Positions 38,571-51,729 of a DNA stretch of 64,000 nucleotides are shown one piece after another. The translations under genes and the position numbers were made by a program. The DNA is from Octopus vulgaris (Eukaryota), in the NCBI GenBank assembly GCA_951406725.2, contig OX597838.1, positions 33,852,001 through 33,916,000 on the forward strand, read 5' to 3'. Position 1 is the stretch's first letter. Every line of letters begins with the position of its first letter. Under the pieces are notes generated by a model. That model saw only the letters and a program-made list of their open reading frames with translations, had not been told where the DNA came from and searched no databases.

Positions 38571-39849
38571 GTCTTCAGCCTTTCTTCATAAGACAAATTC
38601 TTGAGACCAAGAACCATGCGGGTAGCCAGCTTAGCTATAACACTGTTATATATATATATATATCACCGTGACCGACCAGTTGTTGCTACACATCGCTGAT
38701 CACAATGCGCTTTGCATTGTTTTAGCCTTCAAATGACGCCACCCCGCTGGCTAAGCGAGCAGGCCAACAGAAGAAAGAGTGAGAGAAAGTTGTGGCGAAA
38801 GAGTACAGCAGGGATCGCCACCAGCCCCTGCCGGAGCCTCATGGGGCTTTAGGTGCTTTTTGCGCCCCAAACTTTGATGTCACGGTCGACAACATTCTTG
38901 TTGAAGAATAAAAAAAATTGTGCTTGACAAAAGTATAGAGTAACCCAATCAGATTAATGCAAAATTATTTTTATTATAACTGAACATCAAAACAAACATT
39001 AATATATATATGTACATACACACATACACACACACATACAGTAAAAAGTATGTGTCTGTGTGTGCATATGTATGTGTATGTGTGCATAAGAAACCTTGTT
39101 TGCATATGAACAAAGTTGAATCCAGTTAAATCTATGATGGAACTAACCAAAAAAACTGACAGCCCAGAGAAGAAATTGTTCCTGTCAATGAAAATATATA
39201 AAGGACAAAATTACTTGGACGCCATCTGCATGAAAAAACAACAGTTAAGTTAGTGCTGAGAAATTTAATGAAGGGAACCTTACAAAAAAAACTAACTAGA
39301 AATAATTTTTTGTTGAGAGAAACAAAACAATATTGACCACTGTCTTCTAATATTTTAATTAATTTTTCAAGTAGGGGAGACAACTTAGAACAAGTTCGGG
39401 TATTATTATAACCTCATCATCCACAAAACATACTTCACTGCTGTTTTGCTAGAGATGAGAGAATAATTAAGTGAGCAATAATGAAAGATTTGTAAAAGAG
39501 AATAAGCAACGCGGTGTATTCTGGGAGTAGATGACAGTTAAAATATAACAAGCAGAGATAAAGTTTTTTACAAAATGTTTGTTCATTCAGACAAACCATG
39601 TTTTAGAATATTTCATGGAAGTAATTAACAGAGAATAAAAACAAAGAAACATTTTCTTTTTCTTTTAAATGTATTTCATCGAAAGATTTAACAATATTTC
39701 GAGAAACACCAAGTAAAACAGTTTATAATCTGAGCATTCTTCATCACAAATAGTTTGTACATATTGGCATTGAATACACCGAATTATCTAATGCATTAAC
39801 AAAAAAAAAAAAAAAAAAAAAAGACAAAAAATTTTTTTAAATAGCAAGG

Positions 39850-40852
39850 ACTGAAACAGCACAAGTTTAGTCTTTGAACAGTATTGATTAAACTGACACC
39901 AGAATGATGATAGAAAAGTGAGGGGAGGGTCAGCAGGATTTGAACTCAGATCTTAAAAGGGATGTAACTAAATAAAAAAGCAAGAACTGTGTCTGATTTT
40001 ACCAAATAATAATCAAAAATGGTTTCAGATTTTGGCACAAGGCCAGCAATTTCAGGAGAGGGATAAATTGATTACACCAACTCCAGTGCTTCACTGGAAC
40101 TTAGGATGAAGGGCTAAGTCAATCTTGGCAGAATCTGAACTCAGAATGTAATGGACAGATGGAATGTCAGTAAGCACATTGCCCAGCTTGACACTTTAAT
40201 AATAACAATCAAATAACAAATACTTTAGGCACAAGGCCTGAAATTTTAGGGGAGGGGTTAAATCGATCACATCGACCCCATTACTCAACTGGTTTTTCAT
40301 TTATCAACCCTGAAAGGATGAAAAGCAAAGTCGACCTCGGCAGAATTTGAACTCAGAACGTAACGGCAAACGAAATACCTATTTCTTTACTACCCACAAG
40401 GGGCTAAACACAGAGGGGACAAACAAGGACAGACAAATGGATTAAGTCGATTACATCGATCACAGTGCGTAACTGGTACTTAATTTATCGACTCTGAAAG
40501 GATGAAAGGCAAAGTCGACCTCGGCAGAATTTGAACTCAGAACGTAAAGACAGACGAAATACCACTAGGCATTTCACCTAGCACGCTAATGATTCTGCTA
40601 GCTTGCCACCTTAATAATAATAATAATAATCCTCCTACTAAAGGCACAAGGCCTGAAATTTGGGGGATGTGGTAGTTGACTATGTCGACCCCAGTGCGTA
40701 ACTGGTACTTAATTTATCGACCCCGAAAGGATGAAAGGCAAAGTCAGCCTCAGTGGAATTTGAACTCAGAACGTAGCGACGGGAGAAATACCGCTAAGCA
40801 TTTTGCCTGGTGTGCTAACGATTCTGCCAGCTTGCAACCTTAATAATAATAA
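39850..40852 (-). mobile_element. Cluster of about 5 SINE family B copies separated by (aat)n
   Basis: Repeated gaaaggatgaaaggcaaagtcgacctcggcagaatttgaactcag. Confidence 0.85.
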
Positions 40853-40861
40853 TAATAATAC

Positions 40862-41064
40862 CCAACCAGAAGAAAATTCTAACTGGGCCCCACCCGCAAG
40901 TTCATGCGCTGTTTATCTTGTTATGAGATCACCATGTTGCGCACACATGGTTGTGATGCATGTGCCTGGTGTACCCTTATCAGACGGGTAGTCATGATGG
41001 GTATATTGGGCTTCGTATATTTTACCCCAGTGTCACTTTGATGGCATGCACTGCTCTCTCACTC
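40862..41064 (+). mobile_element. Family G 3' fragment between (aat)n tracts
   Basis: Matches 57546-57744. Confidence 0.8.
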
Positions 41065-41273
41065 AATAATAATAATAATCCTTTCTACTGGAGGCACAAG
41101 GCCTCATATTTGTGGGGTTACATCGACCCCAGTGTTTCACTGCTGCTTAATTTATCAACCCTAAAAAGATGAAAGGCAAAGCCAAACTCGGCGGATTTTG
41201 ACCTGGGGTCAATGTAATCAACTAGACTACATACTCCGAAAAGCTTCAGGCCTTGTGCCTATAGTAGAAAGAC

Positions 41274-41304
<31 letters not shown>

Positions 41305-41884
41305 GAGTTCTCATTTATAGGAGCACTACCCTTAACGAATGCCCGGTATTGTGCCTCCAGTTCTCATTTACTTATTGAATTTATTTACCGATACTGTTGT
41401 ACATAGGGTAAATGTGTACAGAAGTTATGGTTTCTTTGGTATGTTTGTTCCCATTTATATATATATAAATTTGGAGAAGGAAGTAAGTCCTAGGAGGAGT
41501 GAAAAAACAAAACTGAATTTGGCAGAATTTGAACTTGGACTACAAAGCATCTTGCGTGTGTGGTGGCCTGCTGACCCAATTTTCTATCATCTTTAAATAA
41601 TAATTATTCGTCTATCAAAGAAACAAATCCAGAAATTTGGGAGAGTAAACTGATTGCAGTTCTTGACTGGTACTTTATTTTATAGACCCCCCAGAAGGAC
41701 AAATGACAACATTGACCTAGGTGGGATTTGAACTCAGAAAGTAAACAGCCAAAAGAAATAGCACGAGTCACGTATTTTCTGATGTTCTAATGACTCTGCC
41801 AACGATACTTATTCATATGTCTGCTAGAAAAGCATTTGAGCATTTTTTTGGAAATCCCATTTGAACCATAAAAAAAAACCATGT

Positions 41885-42736
41885 TAATAGTGACTGCAGT
41901 TGTTTAACCCTGCTACATCAATAGCTTTCCAACCATGGCCATACCATCTATTTTAGGGTATGTGTGGGACTAGCATTAACTAGTGTGTCGTTTCTTTTTC
42001 CTTCTACAACAAGGTCTTGAGGGAGATTTGGTAGCTATTTCTAGTAGGCCAGGCAAACCAGTAGAGAGAGACTAGAGGTTAAAAGTGATTGCAATTGTTC
42101 AATACAGCCTACATCAGTGGCTTTCCAGCCATGACCATACCATCAATTGTAGGGGGGGGACTAACACTAATGTATCAGTCCCTTTTCCTTCTACAACAGG
42201 ATATTGAAGGAGATTTGGTAGCTATTTTTAGTAGGCCAGGCAAACCAATAAAGAGAGACTAGAGTTTAAGTGATTGCAGTTGTTTAATCCAAGCCTACAT
42301 CAGTGGTTTTCCAACCATGGCCATACCATCTATTTTAGGGTGCATGTGGGACTAACATTAACTAGTGTGTCACTCCATTTTCCTTCCACAACAAAATATT
42401 GAGGGAGATTTGGCAGCTATTTCTAGTAGGCCAGGCAAACCAGTTGGGAGAGACTAGAGGCTAAAAGTAATTGCAGTTGTTTAATCCAAGCCTACATCGG
42501 TGGCTTTCCAACCATGGCCATACCATCTATTTTAGGGTGCATGTGGGACTAACATTAAACTAGTGTGTCATTCCATTTTCCCTCCACAACAGGTTATTGA
42601 GGGAGATTTGGTAGCTATTTCTCGTAGGCCAGGCAAACCAATAGAGAGACTAGAGGCTTCCTCGTTGTGAGGTAGAAACAAGTGATGCGAATAAACTGCA
42701 TAGTTGAATGTGCATAGCTTAGTTGTGTTGTGACGT
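41885..42736. repeat. Tandem repeat, ~190-bp unit, about 4 copies
   Basis: gtgattgcagttgtttaa...ccaaccatggccataccatc...gagggagatttggtagctattt at about 41890, 42085, 42270 and 42466. Confidence 0.9.
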
Positions 42737-44172
42737 CATAAAAAGCTGTGATGCAACATGAGTGCAACACACTGGTCTTTCACCAGACCAATGCACAACA
42801 CAATGTAACCAAAAAAAAAAAAAATAATAATAAAATAAAATAAATGAATAAAAAATAAAATAAAATACAAAAATGATAAACCAATGCAAAAACTGAATTT
42901 CATTATGTGTCTGTCACCAGCCGCAATATCTGTGGCACAATATGAATACGGCTGGCACCTTAGGTTTAGAAGTTTGGCATTCAAAAGTATTTGCTGTTGG
43001 GTGATCAAATCCCAGCGAATTTAGGGGCCATAGTAAGGAAGGAAAGCGCAGGACAGGACAGGATGTGAGATGAGGGGAGCTGGGGGAAGGAGTTCATATG
43101 ATAGGGGGATATTGAAGGTGATCAAAACCCCAGCGAATTCAGGGGCCATAATAAGGAAGGAAGGCGCAGGACAGGACAGGATGTGAGATGAGGAGGAAGG
43201 GTTCATATGATAGGACTGGCTCTCTGTAGGTTATGACGACGAGGGTTCCAGTTGATCTGATCAACGGAACAGCCTGCTCGTGAAATTCATGTGCAAGTGG
43301 TTGGGTATTCCACAGGTATGCATACCTATTTCTTTACTACCCACAAGGGGCTAAACACAGAGGAGACAAACGAGGACAGACAGTTGGATTAAGTCGATTA
43401 TATCGACCCCAGTTCGTGACTGGTACTTAATTTATCAACCCCTAAAGGATGAAAGGTAAAGTCGACCTCGGCGGAATTTGAACTCAGAACGTAAAGACAG
43501 ATGAAATACCACTAAGCATCTCGCCCGGCGTGCTAACGTTTCTGCCAGCTCGCCGCCTATGTATATAGGTTATGCATATCCACAGATATGCATACCCTTA
43601 ATGTAGTTCTCAGGGAGATTCAGCACGATAAGGCTGGCCCTTTGAAATACAGGCACTGCTCGTTTTTGCCAGCTGGGTGGACTGGAGCAATGAGGAATAA
43701 AGTGACTTGTTCAAGGACATGACATGCTACTGGGAATCGAACTCACGACCATGCAATCACGAGCTGAATACCATAACCACTAAGCCATATGCCTTCACAC
43801 AATAGATTTAAGTATGACAAAAGGAGCAGGAAAGGACGGGATATTAAATGGGGGTGAGAAGGAGTTTGATGTGATAGGGGGACATTTTGTGTTGATACAA
43901 CAAAAGATGTGATGCGACCTTTAGCAGTACACACTGCACTCTGACCTAACCCACAAAAACATCACTTTGTAGTGGGCCAACGGGAGATAAGTATACTGCA
44001 ACTGGAAATTGAACCTGTGTTGCATTGAGGCCATAATTATTTGCTGGGGGGTCGTACTGCTGCTTCCTGTGCAATGGCATAGTTTACCATCTCCAGCTAG
44101 TCTCTGATACAGAGCTGTTCAGCATCAAAGATGGGCGCACAGCAAAAGTCTTATTAACACAAACACATAAAT

Positions 44173-44204
<32 letters not shown>

Positions 44205-44559
44205 GCATATATATATATATATTTATTTCTTTACTACCCACAAGGGGCTAAATACAGAGGGGACAAACAAAGGGATTAAGTCGATTATATCGACCCCAGT
44301 GCGTAACTGGTACTTAATTTATCGACCCCGAGAGGGTGAAAGGCAAAGTCGACCTCGGCAGAATTTGAACTCGGAACGTAACGACAGACAAAATACGGCT
44401 ACACATTTCGCCCGGTGTGCTAACTTTTCTGCCAGCTCGCCGCCCTATATATATATATATAAGTTTGGGAACCACTGCCCTACACTGTAGTATGTAGAAT
44501 ATTTTTTTTCTTGCTTATTATGAACACCATGGAAAGAGTTAACACATGTGGTATCAAAA

Positions 44560-44913
44560 TCAAAATCCGAAATCGATCAACATCAATGGAAATTGTAACT
44601 GTGATACCAGTGCCGGCGGCACGTAAGGGAACCATCCAAGTGTGGCTGTTGCCAGCGCCGCCCCGACTGGTCTCCGTGCCGGTGGCACGTAAAAAGCACC
44701 ATCCGATCGTGGCCGTTTGCCAGTCTCGTCTGGCATGTAAAATGCACCCACTACACTCACGGAGTGGTTGGCGTTAGGAAGGGCATCCAGCTGTAGAAAC
44801 ACTGCCAGAGTAGACTGGGCCTGGTGCAGCCTTCGGGCTTCCCAGACCCCAGTTGAACCGTCCAACCCATACTAGCACGGAAAGCGGACGTTAAACGATG
44901 ATGATGATGATGA
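44560..44913 (+). mobile_element. Retroposon family C
   Basis: Ends ...ggaaagcggacgttaaacgatgatgatgatgat. Confidence 0.85.
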
Positions 44914-45079
44914 TATATATATATATATGCATATATTTGGATGATGCTGTTATTTCAGGGTTTCTTTAATATTCAATCAAATATTTATCACATTGTCAAA
45001 TTGGTTTTGAAACTTGGGAAATGACAGCAAGCAGTAACTAGCCAAAAAAATATATTTTTACTATAAATATACCCTACAC

Positions 45080-45367
45080 CAGTGGTTCCCAAAGTGGGCA
45101 GTATTTCCCCCCTGGGGTTAGCGGTAAGTTTTGGGGGGAGAGTGCATTGAAGAAAAAGGAGGTGGGGGCAAAAATGGGGTAGCGATACATGTAAAAACAA
45201 CAAAATAATGGATTTGTCAGGTTAAGTTTTTATCTGTGAAATGCAGTTGCTTTGAATTTGCTTTTGAAAGGGGTCTGTGTTTGTGATGGTTGGTTAGGGT
45301 GAGGGTGCTAGGAATGTGGCCTGGATATCAAGGGGGGCGGCAACCTGAAAAAGTTTGGGAACCACTG
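45080..45367. mobile_element. hAT-type MITE with 8-bp TSD CCCTACAC
   Basis: cagtggttcccaaa / tttgggaaccactg TIRs; ccctacac at 45072-45079 and 45368-45375. Confidence 0.92.
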
Positions 45368-45632
45368 CCCTACACTGTAGTATGTAGAATATTTTTTTCT
45401 TGCTTATTATGAATACCATAGAAAGTGTTAACACACATGGTATGCAAATTAGTAGCTCCAGCTTTCTATAGCTACTGTAACTGTAGAGTATATAAACAGA
45501 CTGGCTTCTTATTTCTCTGGAATTGGTGAAACTGATGTAGACGCCTCTGATGAGAAGCCCAATAAGATTCGAACATTGTGCATCATTTTTGTCAATCTAT
45601 GGAGAAACAGCTAAATTAGCTCTGTTTATAAA

Positions 45633-46071
45633 TATAAGAATTTTTTGCGTAATGAGATAAAAAACCAAGGCTGTGTAGATATTAGAACATTTATAGATAG
45701 AAGGTCTTACAGCTGTTTCCAGGATATTTATTAATTATATCCCTTCATTGGAGATGGTGTAAGAGGATGGCTAAGTAATAGTTAATTTAGATAGGATACA
45801 AAATAGAGTGAGGTGGAGGAAAGAAAATAGATGTGAGAAATGTAGAGATATTGATGGATCTACAAATTCAATATCCCTACATATCTCACATCTATTTTCT
45901 TTCCTCCACCTCACTCTCTATTTTGTATCCTATCTAAATTAATCATTACTTAACCATCCGATGAAGGGATATAATTAATAAATATCCTGGAAACAGCTGT
46001 AAGACCTTCTATCTATAAATGTTCTAAAATCTTGTTTTTTTTAATCTCATTACGCAAAAAATTCTTATATA
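45633..46071. mobile_element. Long fold-back element with a hammerhead-like motif in each arm
   Basis: ~200-bp inverted arms; cCGATGA-A-GGGATAT..ATATCCT-g-GAAA-CAGCTG-TA at 45958-46001 and its reverse at 45706-45752. Confidence 0.8.
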
Positions 46072-46237
46072 CACACGCTGACATATGACCAACGTTGAAC
46101 CCCTTATTCGCAAAATCACCGAACCTGGAACTTAACTATGGTCTGTCTATAGCACTTATTCAGCATTACCCGACACCTTTGGGTTTCAATGATCCATTAT
46201 CTCTTATATGTATAAATATATAGGTTACATACATCAT

Positions 46238-46577
46238 CTCCTTTTCGATATCTCAGGACATATTTACTTCCTGTCCCAGGTAGACATATTCTCTTACCTC
46301 CTCTATTTCATCACAGTCGATCACCATTCGACCTGTTGGTACTTTGTCTGACCGCATGAACTTTGTTTTCATGCGGTTCATCTTGAGACCTACTGCAGAG
46401 CTTTTGATGTCGAGTGGTACCCGCATGAGCGGAAAAGACCACCCGAAAGACCTCCACGACGATGATTGGGATCACGTGGATGAGAAAGGCGCGATCCAGA
46501 GAGGAGCGGACAGCGTGCTGTGACCAGCGGTGTCAAATGGATGCCTGACGGACTGGTCGGTCAAGGTGATCAAGGTG
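46238..46577 (+). mobile_element. RTE LINE insertion with an inverted 5' part
   Basis: Minus 46414-46238: GLKMNRMKTKFM...EYVYLGQ. Plus 46412 onward: EWYPHERKRPPERPPRR. Tail tcaaggtga x2; TSD acatacatcat at 46227-46237 and 46578-46588. Confidence 0.85.
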
Positions 46578-46885
46578 ACATACATCATACCTTGATACGG
46601 TGAGGACTAAGATCCTCATTGACAGGGCCTTGATATTTAAAATGTAGTGTTAACACAAATGGTACCTAAATTAGTAGCTCCAGTTTTCTATAGCTACTAT
46701 AATTGTTGAGTATGTAAACAGAATGGCTTGTTATTTCTCTGAGAGGGGTCAAAGTTGATGTAGACATCTCTGATGAGAATCCAACAAGATTTGAAAATCA
46801 ATTAAGGTGGTTCATAATTTTTTTTTTCAGTTTATGGAGAAATATCTAAATTATCCCTGTTTATAAAGATACTTTATAGATTGCA

Positions 46886-46916
<31 letters not shown>

Positions 46917-47261
46917 GTATGTATGTGTGTGTGTGAAGTGGAAGCCAGTTCACCAATGCCATTGTGAAAATTATATGTGCCATCATTTCGAGCATGGCTA
47001 TGAAAATATATACACCAAAAATTGTAGCCATAAATACTTACTATATACACATACACAAGCATATAGATATACACACACAACTTTACACATATAAATTGTG
47101 TGTATATATTGTTGACATCATAAGACTTTATAAAACTTTTGAGAGAACCATATCTCAAAATATATATAAAGCTATCCAAAAGGGATTTTCAACCAAATAT
47201 TTACACACCATTCTTCATAGCTTTTACATGTACTTCGGGATCCAGTTCCAAAAGAGAATTA

Positions 47262-47583
47262 TATATATATTAGAAGAAATGAGGTACTCAGAAGATCGGA
47301 TGGTTTATATTTACAGATATTTATTTATATATGGAAAACGGACGCTAAACAATGATGATATTACTTTTTTATATATATATATCATATCACTTAGATCATT
47401 AGCGCTTTCTCCCATTCTAGTGGGGTTTTCAAACCAGTTTGATTTGAAAACCCCACTAGAATGGGAGAAAACGCTAATGATCTAAGTGATATGATATATA
47501 TATAAAAAATGTAATATACAAATAAATATCTGTAAATATAAACCATCTGATCTTCTGAGTACCTCATTTCTTCTAATATATAA
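47262..47583. repeat. Near-perfect ~320-bp fold-back (axis near 47437)
   Basis: ...ctagtggggttttcaaa-ccagtttga-tttgaaaaccccactag... with extended arms; a small family C tail is inserted at about 47332-47358. Confidence 0.9.
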
Positions 47584-48159
47584 TACCTGTACATCATCTC
47601 CAAACCTTCCAATATATATATATACACATACATAGCCATGTCATCGAGTAACAGAACCTTAGTGTATAGGAGCGGGGTTGCTTTACGAATGACCTACATT
47701 TTGAAGGGCTAAAACCAAACAGGCCTGTTGTAGAGCCTGCAGTCAATGAAATGAAACGGGTGGCTTTGCCAAGGAAGGGGAACAACGGTGAGAGTATGGA
47801 GAGGAGTTAGTGTTGAGTGCATCTTTTACAATGGGGACAATGCCTCATGGAAACAAACGAGGATGTTGAAGAAGAATCATTGTTCACACATTCACAAAGT
47901 GAAGTTCATGAGTTTTGATGAGTCTGCATGCCAAGACAATATTTTGGGTTGAGGATCAGGGTTTCATGTTAATGAAGCCCTTAACAATTATCAACCCTAT
48001 CACATGTCTACATATACACACACACACGCATATATATATATATCTCTTATGATAAAATATATATATATAAATAAGGGTAAGATCGTTAATTTAAAATAAA
48101 ATAACAATTTTATCAAGTGGTCAGCATGGAAAAAATAACCTTCAAAGGTAATAATTATT

Positions 48160-48330
48160 AAAATTATAAATTAGGGTATCTACGAGATACCACCATGCTG
48201 AAAATAGCAGCCATGATCTGACTGTTGTTCTCTCCATGTTGACATATGGAAAATTAAGGTGGTTTAGAGTTAGATCAAGGCTGCTATTTTCAGCATGGTA
48301 GTATCTTGTAGAAATCCTAATTCATAATGT
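48160..48330. repeat. Fold-back element
   Basis: accatgctgaaaatagcagcc.tgatct / agatcaaggctgctattttcagcatggt. Confidence 0.8.
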
Positions 48331-48346
48331 TAATATATATATATAT

Positions 48347-48736
48347 AACTTATAAAACAAGGGGAAAAGAAAAAATTCTAATGCCAAATATGCCGAAAAT
48401 AGACAAATTGTCAATAACCGTTATAATTTATCACTATTAATATGCGTCTCGAAACAAGCCGACAGAAATTGGTCCCAATTTCAGAGTCAATTCATAAGAA
48501 TTTTCTCCTCGTCAGCGATAAATACGTAAGACATAAATGAAATACTTACTCATACCCATGGAAAAAGCAAGCACTAAGTCCTGAGCAGACCTAAGTACCC
48601 AAAATATATCCAAAATAGAAAATCTTCAGCATATCTCGAGACACGTGTGATTCGAACTAGAAACTTTCACAGACAATTTGTCTATTTTCGGCATATTTGG
48701 CATTAGAATTTTTTCTTTTGCCCTTGTTTTATAAGT
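48347..48736. mobile_element. Element with ~65-bp terminal inverted arms and an internal hammerhead-like core on the minus strand
   Basis: Arms 48347-48412 and 48671-48736; minus CTGACGA-GGAG...CTCT-GAAA-TTGG-ga-CCAA-TT at 48515-48467. Confidence 0.65.
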
Positions 48737-48821
48737 TATTTATAAATTTAACCTTTAAAGGTATTTTTTAATATGCTGGCCATTGATAAAATGTTTTTGG
48801 AAAAATTTTATCCTATAGAAG

Positions 48822-48856
<35 letters not shown>

Positions 48857-49486
48857 ATGAGGTCGTTTTGAGTGGAAAAAAAAGGTATACCAGTCTTCAT
48901 CTCTTTCAGGAGAAGGGTCAATCATGAAACATTGTTTTTCCTCTCCGTATTCAGCATATGAATATTCTTTAGAATATTTTGTCATAAACCTCAGACTTTG
49001 GCGCTTTATATATATGTATGTATATTTTACATTCGCTCTGTGTATCATAACCAGTGATACTACTAAATACAGTAGTAGCCACACCATGTTACTGGAAGCA
49101 GTCTCGGTATAGGTCTCAACCCACCAGTGACAGCTATACATCTAACTGTACACACAAGAGATATTCTCTCTCTCAATTTATATATATATAATGTCCTATT
49201 TCTCCTTGTAGCACACACACATACTCACAAATATATATGTGTGTAAATATATAAAAGAATATACATGTATATACATAAATTACTGTATGTTGAGACATTT
49301 CTATACATATTTTACACAGTAAACATTTCTAAAAAGCCACACAACATTCTAAAATGCTCTACTGGTGTCTTTCAAAATTTGAAACAGTTCTGTGAGAGCA
49401 CACACACACACATATATATATACACACGTGTAGATATCAAACAATGAGAATGAGTGCTCAACACCACATTGGTGGTTAAAGATTTC

Positions 49487-49689
49487 TTATTTGTAGATTA
49501 AGGCTACCATTGGTTTCATGTTAACGAAGCCCTTAACAATTATCAACCCTATCACATGAATCATCAGTGTTTGTCTCCATTTTGTTTTAATCTAAAATAG
49601 AGATAAACACCTATATTCTATGTAATAGGCTTGATAATTGTTAAGGGCTTCCTTAACATGAAACCAATGGTAGCCTTAATCCACAAATA
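49487..49689. repeat. Fold-back element; partial arm copy at about 47960-48005
   Basis: attaaggctaccattggtttcatgttaa / ttaacatgaaaccaatggtagccttaat. Confidence 0.82.
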
Positions 49690-50494
49690 AAGAGTATATA
49701 TACATATATATATATATATATGGAAAATTGGATGTTAAAATGATGATGATTATACACACATAAATGGAAATCACTGAAGAACACATATTTATATACATGT
49801 AAAAATACCCTCATCATTGTGCATGTGAATGCATACACACACTCACATTTATGCTATCGTGATTTTGCATATCAATGGATATATATGTGTGTGTGTGTCT
49901 GTAGAGAAACATTAAAAAGAAAAACACAACTCTATAGTCTATTGCTTTGTCTCTTGTAATTTCAAATTTAAGAATAAATATTTTAATTTACACTCCATTC
50001 CCAGTAAATCTGCTGGTAACACACACACACACAGCCTGATCAATGTGAATATACTCACACATACACATATATTTTTATATAATGTAATGTATGTTTATTA
50101 TTGAAAAGCCAAAAGCCGTTCCTTTTACAGACAATATATTACAGCTTCCAGCATTTCAACGATACACATACATGAAGTATGCTATGTAGATAAAGACTTT
50201 ACTTGAAAGTAGCTTTTATTGCATAATTTGAATATGTATGTATATATATATATGTTTCTTTACTACCCACAAGGGGCTAAACATAGAGGCGACAAACAAG
50301 GACAAAGGGATTAAGTCGATTACATTGACCCAGTGCGAAACTGGTACTTTATTTATCGAACCCGAGAGGATGAAAGGCAAAGTCGACCTCGGCAGAATTT
50401 GAACTCAGAACGTAACAATAGACGAAATACCACTAAGCATTTCGCCCGGCCTGCTAATGTTTCTGCCAACTTGCTGCCCTATATATATATATCA

Positions 50495-50774
50495 CGTGAT
50501 CATGTGACCGACCAGACCATCAGATGTTGTTACACATCGCTGGTCACAATGCGTTCGCATTGTTTTAGCCTTCGAATGACGCCACCCCGCTGGCTAAGCG
50601 AGCAGGCCAACAGAAGAAAGAGTACAGCAGGGATCACCACCCCCTGCCGGAGCCTCGTGGAGCTTTTAGGTGTTTTCGCTCAATAAACACTCACAACGCC
50701 CGGTCTGGGAATCGAAACTGCATGATCCTGCGACCGCGAGTCCGCTGCCCTAACCACTAGGCCATTGCGCCTCC
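50495..50774 (-). mobile_element. tRNA(Arg)-like SINE family D (OR-type). Other copies at 58944-59250(+) and 38665-38860(-)
   Basis: ggaggcgcaatggcctagtggttagggcagcggactcgcggtc...gtttcgattccc head with A and B boxes, continuing into a non-tRNA body. Confidence 0.8.
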
Positions 50775-50792
50775 ACACATACACACACACAC

Positions 50793-50856
<64 letters not shown>

Positions 50857-51729
50857 GTGCACACACACACAAATATACAACCAGTAAGCTCCCTCTCCTA
50901 TATAGAAGCAGAAACTTATTGTGTTATTTACTGCTTCTCCCAGTAAATTTCTACTTGACAACTCCAGACCAATGAGAATCAAACTGTCTACATTTGATGC
51001 TGTTTCAAAGCCATATATGGTCATGGAAACTCAAGAGTAGCAGCTCAATGAATCATCAACTGTCTCCTATTAAATATAAACTATGCATGCACTTAGCGGT
51101 CCTTCTTTTCATTTCTTTCCAAAATCTATGTATGTGTGTATAGGAGAAATAATGTCAAGCCAAATATTGATATTGTGAATCATTTAATTTGCATTTCAGA
51201 TCATTATGCAAGAGAGAAAAAGTCCATCTCTTTCATAACATCATCAGTTAAAACATTTCAAAATATTCTGAAATGCCTTAACTGAAGAAGATATTACATA
51301 ATAGATGACTTCTTCCTCTCTCGCATAATTATCTGAAACATGTTAAATGCATTCAAAATAACAATATTTGGTTCAACATTATAATTATATATTAGACAAC
51401 TCCACACCATTACAATGTTGCCTGTCCTTGTTTCTTTTACATGGATGTTCTAATAAGAATTTGGAGTGGATAGTTCCACTGGACCTGAGTCAAAAAATTC
51501 TGGCAAGGTGTATTGTTCTAAGCTTAACATGCTTTCACTCTCTCTCTATAGAACTGACGCTGGAACAATACAGAAGTCAACACAGAGTTTCCATGGAGAC
51601 CTAACCAAGATTTGGTCAAACAGAATTTGTTGCATAGTTGCCAATTGTTTTCATCTTGTAATTCCACAATACGATGCATTTCAGAGCAATCATCAGTATG
51701 TCCCTATATGTATGTCCATGTGTGTGTAT

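Noticed and set aside
46964-47485. 173-aa ORF
   Set aside because: AT-rich low-complexity sequence running into a palindrome, with no recognisable domain.
50700-50774. tRNA-Arg gene (also 58944-59015 and 12686-12760)
   Set aside because: No proper acceptor stem or terminator; each runs into a repeated SINE body.
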